A DNA stretch of 64,000 nt, taken from contig OZ237760.1 in the NCBI GenBank assembly GCA_965178125.1, positions 248,001-312,000 of the forward strand, read 5' to 3'. A program made the position numbers and the translations under genes. The DNA comes from Bilabrum cf. latius. Lineage: Eukaryota. Position 1 is the first letter of the stretch. Every line of letters begins with the position of its first letter. Under the pieces are notes generated by a model, which did not search any database, was not told the origin of the DNA, and saw only the letters and a program-made list of their open reading frames with translations. Shown here piece after piece: positions 36,661 to 48,587 of this stretch.

Positions 36661-37792
36661 TCAGCCGCGGCTCTCGCTCTTCTTTTTGCGCAATGCCGCG
36701 AGAAGCTTTTGCCTTGCCAATCCCGGCCTGCTCGGGGATTGTCGCTTCGACGAACTGAGCCCCCCCTTCTCCGCATCATCATCGTCATCATCGCGCGATC
36801 CAGCGTCCTTGCCGTTGGCTTCGCTCCGCAAGGCCCACCGGTCCGCAGTCAGACCTACGCGGGCCTCCGGCTGCGGTGAAGCAGACTCGCCGGGCCGCTC
36901 CCCATAGCCTTCTCTATTGCTGTCCATCGTCGTCATCTCACCACTGGATACAGACGGAGACTTGTCCATGCGGATGGCAGCCGCCTGCGCTAAGTACTAG
37001 TCCATCGGCACCTCCTCAGGTGGCGCCATCCACGCCAAGTGGTCCGTCCACGTCTCTGCCCCCATGCAGGCCCCGCCCCACAGAGGCACAGCCCCCGGCC
37101 GTTTCCACCACTCTAGCCCCCTGCTGGCACCGTGGCAGAATCGCCCCGCCCTCTCTGCGAGCCTCTCGAATTGTTCCCTGGGCGAAAGCCGCGCCTCTGC
37201 GGCTACGTCCACGCCTGTCTCAATCCTGGGGAGCTGCGCCATCCATTCGGCAAGGGTGTCCAGGGCCGCGGCAGTGGACTATGCGTCCGTCTGTTGACCG
37301 GTAGCTCTCATGGTAACACTGCCCTGGTTGCTTCCATTTGATTCGTCTGTTGCCGATACATTTCTTGCCCTGCGTCGTGCCTGCTCCACTACCACGCGCT
37401 TGGGGGGTCGTATGCCGCACGCCTGGAGGTAGGCCAGCCGGCTCTGCACGCCGTCGATGCTCCTTGCGCTGTACGTCGCAATGGGCAGTCCCGGTGGCGC
37501 CCCTTTGGTCACCCTATCCCCAGCGTACACCCCCCCTGGAAATCGCAGCGGGTACGCGCCCACCGGGGGTGCACCACACTGCCGCACAGGCCGCTCCCGG
37601 GCGGGTGGCAGCGCCACTGCAGGGCCGGGCGCCCTGCCCCCTGGCCCTGCATCTGCAAGATGTCCCGCGATGGGCGGCAATGTACCCTCCCTCAGGGCAC
37701 GCTGCATCTCACCCAAGGGACCGGGCAGGGGACCCACGCCCACGAGGCTCTGCCTTCGGGCCAGCAGCACCAGGTCCTACCTCCTCGAGCTG

Positions 37793-37830
<38 letters not shown>

Positions 37831-40815
37831 TGATTCGCCACCTAGCTCTCGAAGTAGCTTGGCCACAGGGCCGGGTGCCAGACTGCCTGCTGCCACAAAG
37901 GCAGCCTGCACGGCTGCACGAGCTGCCTCCGGCTACAGTGCATGAAGGCCGGCAAGGAGCCCAAGCCTGGCGCGCAGAGCAGAGGCAGACAGGCCGAGGA
38001 AACCCTTAGGTTCGGCGAGGCCTTGCTGTGCAGCGGAGGCGTGTGCCCTGGCTGCACGGCGCAAAAGCTACTTGATTTCGTCTTCTGGTGCACCTGCGGC
38101 CCGCGCCAGCTCCCCCAGCCGCAGCTCACTGCAGCACGCCGACGAACCGCACAGCTGCCAGGCATCCCTTCGGGACTGCAGGGAGCCTGTAGCGACAGCC
38201 GAGGCGCTCACTGATCCCCCTCGCGATCCACTCGTCTCAAGCTCCATTGTATCCCTGATTCGCAGCAGCAGATCGCTGCCTATTCTGTCGTGCAGCCACC
38301 ACTGCGCTGTGCGCAGGACGGGCTGGATCGTCCCCGCAGCCGCTTTCCGACCCCTACCTGCCTGGCTGTTTGAGCCCTTTGTTCCGTTACTAGTGACGCA
38401 GTTGCTGCGATTGGCACTACTCAACGAGGCATCGAGGACCCTCTGCAGGCCGAGTTCGCGTGCAGCTAGTGCTGCTGCAAGCCACGTGGCGGCTGCAGCC
38501 ACTACCGGCGCCGGCTCGCCGTCAATGACTCGCAAGAAATTCGTGACGCGCTTGCCATCCTGCGCTGTCCCCGCGCTACCCACTCCAGCTGTACCCGCCG
38601 CGGACTGGCCCGCCTCGATCGAATGGCTAGGACTGGGTATGGCGGCTTCCCTCATGCGCTCCTCCACGGTGCGAGCCAGCTCAGCAATAGACCGATGCAA
38701 CCCGAGCCGGGATGCGAGGGAGAACGACATCGCACCACCTGCACGCGCGCGGCTTGCGAGCAGTCCGCGATCGCTGTGCAGCTCTGGGACGGCAGCACGG
38801 AGCCGGCGCGCGGCGCGCTGCACCTGCCCAGGCTGCGGGGCCTGCACCCTTCCTTTGACGGCATCCTGGCCGTCGAGAGTGGAAGCAGCGCTTGCCTTGC
38901 CCTCCACCACGCGCCTTCGCTTGCTCGACTTGCCCTGCGTCTGGGCGCCCTGGCCAGCGGCACTATCAGGAGAGTGGGCCTGCATCGCCAGCGCTGCAGC
39001 CAGCGCCGCAGCTTTGAGGGTGATCACGCGCGACTCGAGAGCGCCGTCAGGACCCTCATGGCCAGACCTACCTGGTGGTGCTCTGGATGCGCCGCTGCTT
39101 GCGTCTGCCAGCCGTCTGACGTCAGCGTGAGCCCGCTTGCCGAGGAGGCCCCCTTTCCTTCTCAGCCCCAGGACCAGCGCGGCTGCCAGTGCGGAGACCC
39201 TGCCACTCGACCGCACCACGCCTGCCCCCATGGCCGCCGCCGCAACCTCCAGGCAAGATACCCCGCGTTCCGACTGCGCCTCCAGACCGAGGAGATCCAC
39301 GGCTTCTCTGGCTAAAGACATCCACTGTGAGGCGCGCAGCACACAGCTGGGCTGGCCCCGCATGCCGGCATCCCCGGTCCCACTCCTGGATCGCTTCGCA
39401 CCGAGCCCAGCGCTGCCACCGCCAGCGCCACTGCTACCAGCAGCCCCCTGCGTCGTCCTATCGCCGGTACCGTACTGTGGAGCAGACCGCGCGAAGGCTA
39501 GCGCCCCTTCTTGCATACCGAGTTCAACGAGGGCCGCGCTCTTTGCACCGCTACCATCCTCGGCGCGCTCCTCTCCTCTTCGCCCCCCTCTGCCTGCGCC
39601 AGTGATGCCCAGCGCCCTTTCGAAGGAGAACTCATCAGACTGGGCCGCGGTTTGGGCCTTGCCTGGTGCTGATGTGCCTGACGAGTGAGGGTGTGAAGCA
39701 GACGCAGCTGCCGAGGACGACGAAGCTGACGCAGTGGGGGCGCGCAGTGAGAGCTCGAGCAGCGCCCCGGCATTGCCCTGGGTGCTGCCAATCGTCACAC
39801 CTCCCATCATCGAGTCGCCCCCCGCGCCACCGCCACCACCGGCCCTGGCTGGGTTGCTGGCCCCGCCCGGCCCGCCCGCATCGTCGTCAAAGTTGCGCCA
39901 CTCCTGGCCCGACGTTGCGGCGCTCTGGTGCTGCACCAGCCCGCAGCAGCTGCAGACTGTGTCCCCGGATACCGTGCTCTGGTCAATCAGGCATGCGGGT
40001 GGCGCCCCGCATCCGCGGCAGGGGTGCAGCGCCAGGCCGAATAGCCTCATGCTGCGGCGAGCAGCGCGCATCGAATGGCTTGGGTGCGCGAGGGGGTGCG
40101 GCCTGCCCTGCTGCGCTGTCTGGCCACCGCCGCGCTTGCTGGGCTTTCGCTTAGAGCGCACAATGCGTCTTACCGCTAGCGTTTTTCCGGGTATTGGGGA
40201 GGCCGTCCCTCGCGGAGTCTGCTGCTTTCCTTGCGTGCTTCGGGTGCCAGCCAGGGCGGCTCGAAGTGCCTGCTTCTGCACGGTTGGTCCCACCCGACGC
40301 GTTGCTGAGTACACTATGTGGCGCGTGTACTGTTTGGCGGCGCTGGTTACTACCACAGCATTATCTTTTGAGGGAATCAATGGAGTTGAGGCCCCTGTTT
40401 CGATGCGTTTCGACACCTGATGGGGGTCAACAGACATGCTCGTTGTGCACGAAGCAGCAGATGATGTCGATCTGCCTGAATCATACTATGGGCTAATCGT
40501 GCTGAAGCATTTTGGCTTGAGCGCACCCCCTGCTGCTCTAAGAAGATTCGATTCAGGGGCATGGATTGATGCAATTTCGGATGGCCCCTTTCGACCGCGC
40601 CTATCCGGTTTTTCGGCACCCTACATGTCGATAGGTAAATGCTTGATTTCAGTAGCGCGTTTATTGCCACCAACCTGCGAATTAGTTCGTGCGAGGACAC
40701 AGTGCGCATCTGCCTGAGTTCCCGTTGTCTCATCGAACATTGAACTCTGAAGCTACCCAGCAAACGCGGCTGTCGGCTCGAACTGGCGCATCTCACTCAT
40801 CAGTTTCGTGTCCAT
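36661..40815 (-). CDS. Divergent, enlarged TFIIB-family protein (Zn ribbon + B-reader; about 1384 aa)
   Basis: CRGCG...SGDTVCSCCGLV...GQEWRNFDDD...NPARAG at about 40025-39840. ORFs 38068-40437, 37279-37770, 36997-37242 and 36661-36969 join through TAG. The frame extends up to ATG 40815 (in-frame TAA at 40854-40852 upstream); ends TGA. Confidence 0.7.
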
Positions 40816-41014
40816 GAGGTCAGTGGCAGAGTCCGTTGTAGCCACGATCTGTTACGGCAGCGGGTTGTACTTTCCTCTTTTCCAATATTTCGCGAACACG
40901 CAACAATCGATTTATGATTCCGAATACCAACTTCGACCCAGATCAGATTCGGCGGATACACCCATGCACGAAGCTAATTCATCAGTATATCCGTACCCTA
41001 CATATTTTCAGATG

Positions 41015-44000
41015 TCAAACTCGCCAGTCAACAACCGGCCTGGCGCTGTCGGACGGCAGCGTCAGGATGTCTACAGGCACCGTTGGCAGCAGCTCCACAC
41101 CTCCCTGCAGCTCCTTCTCGAACACCCCGCCGTCCATGAAATGAACCGGGAACCAGTACGCCGCATGCCTGTCCCCACGCATTACGCCCGCCTCCACGAA
41201 CGCACCAGCGATCACCTCGCTGCAAAAAAACGTGTCCGCATCCGTGTCAGCTCTGGCAGGCACTGGCCGCATGCTGCCTGCTGCCGAGGACAGGCACAGA
41301 GAACTGCGCATACTGCTGGATTGACTGCCCTCTGGGCCGCTGCTAGTGCCACCATACTTGCTCTTATCATGGGGAACGTCTGCCCCTGCAACCAGCAGGG
41401 GGCTGGCCTGGGCCCGCCCGCCGAAGCCCTGGTCAATGGCGTGCCTCCCGCTCTGATACCGACCACCATCCCCGGATCCACCATGCTCCCCTCCCCCACC
41501 GCCGAGCAACGGTCTGAAGCATCCGCTCGGCCTCCTCTTCACCCGCGGGGCAGAGGGTCCCCTGTCAGCCCCACCGAACCTGCCGGTCACGAGACGAGAG
41601 AGCGTAAGCGCGTAGGGCCTCCCACCCACACGGTCCACGTACGACCGGATGCGAGCCTGTACCTCTGGGCCCAGGCCCTGAAGCACACCCCCAGGGCGCA
41701 CGTACCGCAACCTCCGCACAGCGACGTACTCCGCAAGCCCAGACCTGGCGTACAGTGACAGCCTATAGCCCAAAGGATACGTTCCAACGCCTTCCCCCGT
41801 CACCTCGGTCATGTACAGCTCCCCGACACGACCAGGTGACGACGGTCGACCTTGAAGTCGCGGTGGTTGCTGCGATCCCTGCGACTGTGCAGGTGGGACG
41901 GGCGGAGGTGGCACCACCATGGCCACGTGGTCCCAGAGGCTGCCGGTGGCCTGTCGCTGCACAGCTGCGGCAAAGGAGGATGTCTTAAACAGGAGGATAT
42001 CCCCTGGCTGCAGGCCAGAGTAGGGAGGGCCAGATCGCACCACGATCTTTGGGGTGGACAGCGCATCTCCGAGTCGAACTGACACAGGTGGATCGTCTTG
42101 AGATCGGGTACCGTGCCTGGCATCCACTGAGCTTCCTGCTACAGCGCCCGCCCGCCCATCTGTACCATCATCACCCCTACCGCTCCCTTCCCGTTGTGCT
42201 GCAATCACCACTGGGGCTGGAATCCGGGCACCCTCTGGGTACAGGCTGGACCTAGGCCGCCTCTCTATGCCAAGGAACGCGTGCATGGGCGCGCACTCGC
42301 CCAGCGGCACCACACCCAGCGCCTCGTTCAGCCACCGGACGAGCCGCATGCATCGCGCCACTGGCTCGGTGACCTTCTGGGAGGAGTGCGATGGCATCGT
42401 GCTCGGGGCGAAGCCCAGCTGCAGCCCGAGCTGCAAATCAGGACCGATCCCGCCGGCAGCACCATCGTGCATTGCACCGTCCAGCGAGGCAGAGGCAGAT
42501 CGCGGGGGTGCCGAGTCGTCGTACACAATCAGGGATTCATCGGTACCTGCCTGCACTCCATCCTGAGTCATCGCAGCACCGGGGGCGCCCCCCACGAGTC
42601 GACTGCCAGACACCCTAGAGCTCTGTATGGGCGGGTGCTGCTGGGTGGCGGCAGCCACTGGTCTCGGGCTCCCCGTCCCGCTGTGCCGCCTCATCGGCTC
42701 CATCCCGAAGGTAGCCTGTTCCCCTACTGCCCTCAGCTGGATGTCCGTGGACACGGCACCCGCCCGCGTGCCACTGTCCTTGCCGCCACCAAGCCCGAAG
42801 AACCCAGCCAGGCTGCTGGCCCACGTCTGCTGCGAACCGTTCTGGGCAACCTCCCTATGCGGCTGCAAGGTACCTGCCTCGGAACCCCCGCTTGGAGCTC
42901 TTAAGCTTCCCCGGCTCGGCACGTCGTTCGGTCCCATCCGCTCCACCAGCACGTCGGTTGCTAGCTGCACTGCACTACCAGAGACACCAGGCACCGGTGG
43001 CAGCAGGGCAGCTGCAGCCATTGAAAGCAGCATGGAGCTGCGCTCCAGCCCTAGCCTCAGACAGGCAGCCATGTCTGCCTCGCCCCCAGTGGGTGGGGTG
43101 CCTGCGGCGTCCAGCGACAGGAACCGCCACAGGACTCGGTCGCTCTCGTTCGCGCCATCCAATCGCGGGGACCATCCTGCCTGCAGCTTGGCTTTGGACC
43201 TGGAGGCTGACGAGCGGCGACTGGGAGGCGCGCTGGCGGCCGCACTGGCAGCGCCGAGTTTGGAGGCCTCTCGCATGTTGGAGGCATACTTCGCGTCTAG
43301 CTTGCGGTGGATCCGTTCGGAGTGCGCTGCCAGGCTCGCTCTGAGCTGGTCGACGTCTCTCTGCCTCGGCTCGATGATCCACTGCAGCACGCGGTGCCCT
43401 CCATCGATCGCCCCAGCTGCCGCGCTCAGTTTTTGAGAGGAGCATCCCGGGGGCAGCCACGTTGACGCTTCGCCAGCACAATCACCCGGCGCATTTATAG
43501 CAGGCACCACGTCCGCAGAGTGAGTCAGCTGCACCAGCGGGCTTCCCTCCCTGAGTGCCTCATCGGCCCACACCTCCATCTTGGGCTGCAGTGCAAGCAC
43601 GGCGCGCTGCCACACTGACGTGGGCAAGCCAGAGCTGCCAGCCACGCTTCGCTCCGGGGACAGCGACAAGAGGTGTCCTCCGTTCTGGCCCGCGATCACC
43701 TCCGCATCCCTTGCTGCAGCCGCCTACGCAGATGGCCCCGAACCGCTGAGACCCTTGTTTCTGTGTCGCCACCTGCGCAAGGCCTTGCCAATCGTGTTTC
43801 CCAGTCGGTCTGCCTCGGGAGAACTGCCGCTGGAGGACCCGATCAGCCCGACGCTCTAGGCTGCAATCAGCCAGGACGGCAGAACCAGCGATGCGCAGGC
43901 ACGGACGTCGGAAGCCGCGCCCCTCCACGCCCCACCGGCAGCAAGCGTGCGAGCGACGGGGGCTGCAAGAGAGGCAGACGGCAGTGACGGCAGGTAGGGC

Positions 44001-47000
44001 GGCTCACTGGCCCTAAGCGGTGCAACGGGGGGCCTAACAGCCGTCTCGCCCAGCTCCATCCACGCCTCTGCTGCCAGCCGTCGGGACAGCACGTGCAGCC
44101 CCAGTGCTTGCAGAAAGCGCGTCTCAGCTGAATTCTACGCTGCATTACCACCATGAAAAGGCGCTGGAGCGGGTGATCTCGCCGCCGCATGGTACGATAC
44201 CTGCCGCGACGCTTCCCAAAGGAGGCCAGAACCAGCCACTGTGGGATGCACGTGTCTGCTGCACGGCCCATGCCAGCCCATTACCACCTTGACTCTGAAC
44301 CTCGTGAACGACCCTCCGAGTCCGTCGGGCTGCTTGAAAGGCGGCAGGCACCTGGCACGGGGCATCACCAGCCATTGAACGGGCAGCAGAACGTACTCTG
44401 CCGCACTGTATTCATCCCACCTGTCGCGTAGATGCTGCTGGTGCTGCATCTGCTGGGAATGCTCCAGCTTTTTTGCAGCGCCGGGGGTGAATGGGTAGGA
44501 ATGCTTGTTGCTGCCGTCTAATTGAGTGTCCCGACTACGTGCAGCGTCTGCGTGCACGCCTGCATCAGCAGCAGTCAGGCCACTGGGGTAAGCTTCATGT
44601 ATTGATCCTGTTGCTTGGCTTTGCTCCGAGTGTGCGGGATTGAATCCGACCTGTGACCCAGCAGACGACTGGCTCGTGCTGCTGAATGCCTCTGCCCCTC
44701 GCTCTGCAGCGACAGCCGCTTCCTTCTGCTGCTTCTCAAGCGCCTCCTCGAGCCGCTTGGAGGTCTGCTTCATCACGCGTGGTTTACGCCTCCTCGCGTC
44801 CGAGATGGTCCTGGCAGCTTTGTCGTAGTCTGCCTCCGAGGAGATGCCCAGCTTGCGGCGTAGGGCGGCGGGGATGGCACCCGTGGACCTGCGCCGGCTG
44901 GGCAGGGCCACTTCTCCGTGGAACGAGCGCGGGGAACTCGCCCCCGCAAGGATGCTGCTGGCTGGCGATGACGATAGAGGAGCCGCGGGAGCGCTCTGCT
45001 GCCTGCATGCGGAGAAAGCCTGCGGCCTCACCCCTGCAGCACCAGGACCTGACTTGTTGATTCTCTTGCTCTTGTACGGGCCCAATGCCATGGCTCTCGC
45101 TTGCGTGCCTACTGCTGCTCCCACCTCAAGTCCAGCCGACTCGTCCGATGCAGGCGGTGGCACGCCACGGCGGGTCCCGATTCCACCGATCCGAAGGGTC
45201 TGCCTGCGGCCTCCCGTGGATGCTATGGAGCCCCGCAGCGACCGCGACGAGAACGCCCCTCGCCCGCCGGACCCAGCGCCACTGCCACCGAACGCGTCGC
45301 GCACGATGAGGTGCAGGGCGGGGAGGGCTGGCGGCGCGACCTAGCCAGCAGCCGAGCCACGCGCACCAGCTCTCTTGAACTAATCATCGGGAGTCGGAGA
45401 TCCGCCCGAGGAGGCCCTCGGCGGAAACCGCACGCGGCCTGCCTCCCCTGCCTGTCCAAAGCTCCTGCTGCTACGCCGCCGAAGCCCCCTGCCGCCGTGC
45501 CTGCGGAAGTTGCGACGGCCAGGGGAGGGCGTCTTCCGCTCGTCACCCAGCACGTCTTTGCTCTCTCCGGCTTGGCCCTGGCCTGGGCTAGAGCCGCGGT
45601 CGGCTGCATCCATGCCCCCCTCTAGATCGAGTTCATCTGATGCAACCGATTCGTCGCTGCCGTCGCTGGTCGAGAGAGTGCTTGCTCTAGCTCTGTCCTG
45701 GTCTCTCTGCTCGATCCCAGTACAAGCACTGCTAGCGCGGTGGCCACCCTCCTATCGATCGACTTGTCGCGGACTATGCGCCCCACCAGACCCGGGACTA
45801 AGCAAGCCTGCCTGCATGCGAGCATTGGTGCCGCACCCTCGACCGCTAGCCGCATCGGAATCATCCGAGTCGATCTCAAGGGAGGGTGCGGGCAGCGCGG
45901 TTCCTACCATTGCTACTACCGGTCTCGGCTTTGCGACAGCGGGGCGGGTGCCTTGATGGCCTCTCCGAAAACTGGACTTGGCTCCCGCTTGCTGCCGCCG
46001 AGGCTTACCCATCCTCCTCAGCCCACCGGCCACCTCCCTCAGCACTAGGCCGCCCGTCCTGCAGCTCGCGAGGGCAAGGGGCCCGCGCTTCACAATCCGG
46101 AGCAAGGCCGCGAGTCGAAGCGGGGTGAATACCTGCAGCCGCATGTTGCGCACGAGCAGCTCGAGCGGCGGGGCAGGTGCTGGTGCGGGTGGTGGCTACG
46201 GCGCTGTATCGCCAGGCGCAGCTGCGGTCCCTGTCCCAGCACCAGTGAGACCATCAACATCCGTTGAACTCATGGCCTATCCGGCAGCAGCAGCAGTAGC
46301 CGCCAACCCGGCCCGGGAAACCAGCGGGGATGCATGCACGTCCACCGCCACATCACGGGCCGCAAGCTCCACGGCCTCGAGCACGAGCTCGATGGCGCGG
46401 AGCGCAGCAGCCGCCGCCAGCCCGGCAGGGATCCGCACCCGAGTCGGCAGCGCCGACAGACGCGCCCTCGTTGCGGCGGAAGCGCCCGCGACGTCGAACT
46501 CCAAGGCAGAGTCGGACTCCCAGGGGCTGCTATCCCCGCCCGGCGTGGCCGAAAAAGAGTCTGGAGTGCTGGTGCTGCTGCGAGGCGGCGGCCCAACTGG
46601 CCCTGCTGACGGTGCGCTTGGCACTGTGTCAGCGACGTCTACCCAGCCGAGGTCCATGGGCAGCCACAGGCGTCGCGTGCCCGCAACGGCCTGCATGCAG
46701 CTGGAGCCGGGCTGTGCCATGGCGGGTGCGGCTGGCACCCTACCACCAGCTCCGTGCAGCCAGTGCCACGCCTGGCACCGGTCTGACGAATCACTCGGAG
46801 TCACAATCCAAGGCGGTGCCCTATCGGGCCCTAGCGCAAATGATGCTCCCAAAGGCCCGGTCCTGGTACCGCTCCAGTTCCCAGTTCCACCCCCTGGGCT
46901 AGGTAGCTTGATGAGCGGCAGTGGCCGGGGCTGAGGCGATGTGCCTGCCTCTGCCTCGGCACCATGAGACCCGGCTGCATCCCCAGCGCGAGCAGCTGAA

Positions 47001-48289
47001 GGGTGCTGGTGCAGCTGAGACTCCAACGCTGGGGAAGTCCTCTGCCCACTCGCTGCCTGCAGCACTGGATTTGTGATTGCTGGCGACTAAGCGGGCTGCT
47101 CTACGCTTGACTAGATCTAGGCCGCCGAAGCAGGGCTCGCCGGTTGCAACCGTTCTGATGCCCCACTCAACCCATTTGGACCCGTCTCGGGCACGACAGC
47201 GTGCACTGCATTGCGGTACCCCCGCAGCACCGCCACGACCCTCTCGAATACGTCCCTCCGCGGCACGTGCAGGTCCATCACGCGCCCGCCCTCCAGGTGC
47301 ATCCCACTGCGGCGCAGCTGAGACACGCTGCACCGGCATGGCTTCGATCCCACGCCTACTCGCCCGGCTTCCTGCGGCGGCAGAGTGCGATGCACCTCGC
47401 CCCCGCAGCCCCTGCACACCACCCTGGATCGAAGCCACAGCCGGATATGCCCGCACCGAGCAGTTCGGGCGTCCTGCGCGCCCTCAGGGATTGGACCAGC
47501 CCCGGTCTGCCCAGTGTGGCGAGTGCCATCGGCCGTCGTCCCGCTCGTCACCCCGCGGTCCGTGTGCAGCGGCAGCTGCAGCTGCAGCTGCAGCTGTGAC
47601 GAGAGGCCCCATCCGGCCTCATCCTCCGAGGCTGGGAGCAGCTGCACGGGGGGCGTCCACAGCTGTTGAGCGGACGCCATGCGTGAACTATTGTCAAAAC
47701 TATGCGGAATTGCCATGGATGGGGCTGTGGCGGGGCGCTGCCCCTATAGTAGGTGTTTGCCATTGCCATTGCCATTGTCAGATAGTCGAGAGGCGACAGT
47801 CTTGAGGCATGTCTTCACTGACCTGCCGTTGGAGAGATCCCGGCCCGCGCAGGCAAATGCGGCAGCCTTCCTCTGCCACAGCTCGTCCTTGTGGATGTCA
47901 AGCGACTCAGACACGAGGCCCATGGTGACGGGCATTGGCAGGGTGCTTTCCGCTGAATTTTGCCCGATACCAGCGCTGGCCGCACCGCGAGCATCTACGA
48001 CCCACCAGTCCTTAGCAGAGTGGAAACACCACGCTGATATGTCGTACCGAGACACGCATCTGATGGGGGCTTCAACTATTCTGGAGTGGGAAAGGGTTCT
48101 GTCGTTGGCAGCAGGGTCTCCTCGAAAATAGGCGAAGCCTTGGTATCCAAACGTGAAAAACCGCGTGAACCATCGTCCCCATCTAGGAGCTCGTTTGATC
48201 ATCCAACCAGAGGCAAATGATTCTTCCCTGGCGATCATTTGCGTGCTGGGACCCGAAGGTTTCGCGTTTGCAGAGACGGCCCTGTCCAT
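41015..48289 (-). CDS. Large protein with N-terminal PH domain, possible interrupted PX-like region and C-terminal permuted papain-like (NlpC/P60, YaeF/YiiX-type) domain; about 2424 aa
   Basis: Eight minus ORFs from 47744-48337 to 41015-43699 share one frame joined through TAG. PH start ASGWMIKRAPRWGRWFTRFF. C-terminal LQPGDILLF...WDHVAMVV...GRPY...FFCSEVIA has His before Cys. ATG 48289; ends TGA. Confidence 0.75.
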
Positions 48290-48587
48290 CACCTCGGTGA
48301 GCAGCGTCGCTGTCACGGACTTGGCGTGAGTGACCAATCAGTCAATAATGTAGTAAAGTATTAGTTGAGTTCATGATACTAGGTGCCATTTCCTTTGATT
48401 CGGGGGTGGAATCGAAAATCGAATCATGTCGCCGCGCAATTGCGGAACCACTTCGCCATGTCGCGTCGCAGGGCGCGGATAACGCCACGAATAGGCAGTA
48501 CGACGCGCGAAATCGGATTGAGGGCAATCGTCTAAGCAACTATAGACATACAATCTTGCCAATCCGGCTTTTTTGGAGGGCTTGATA

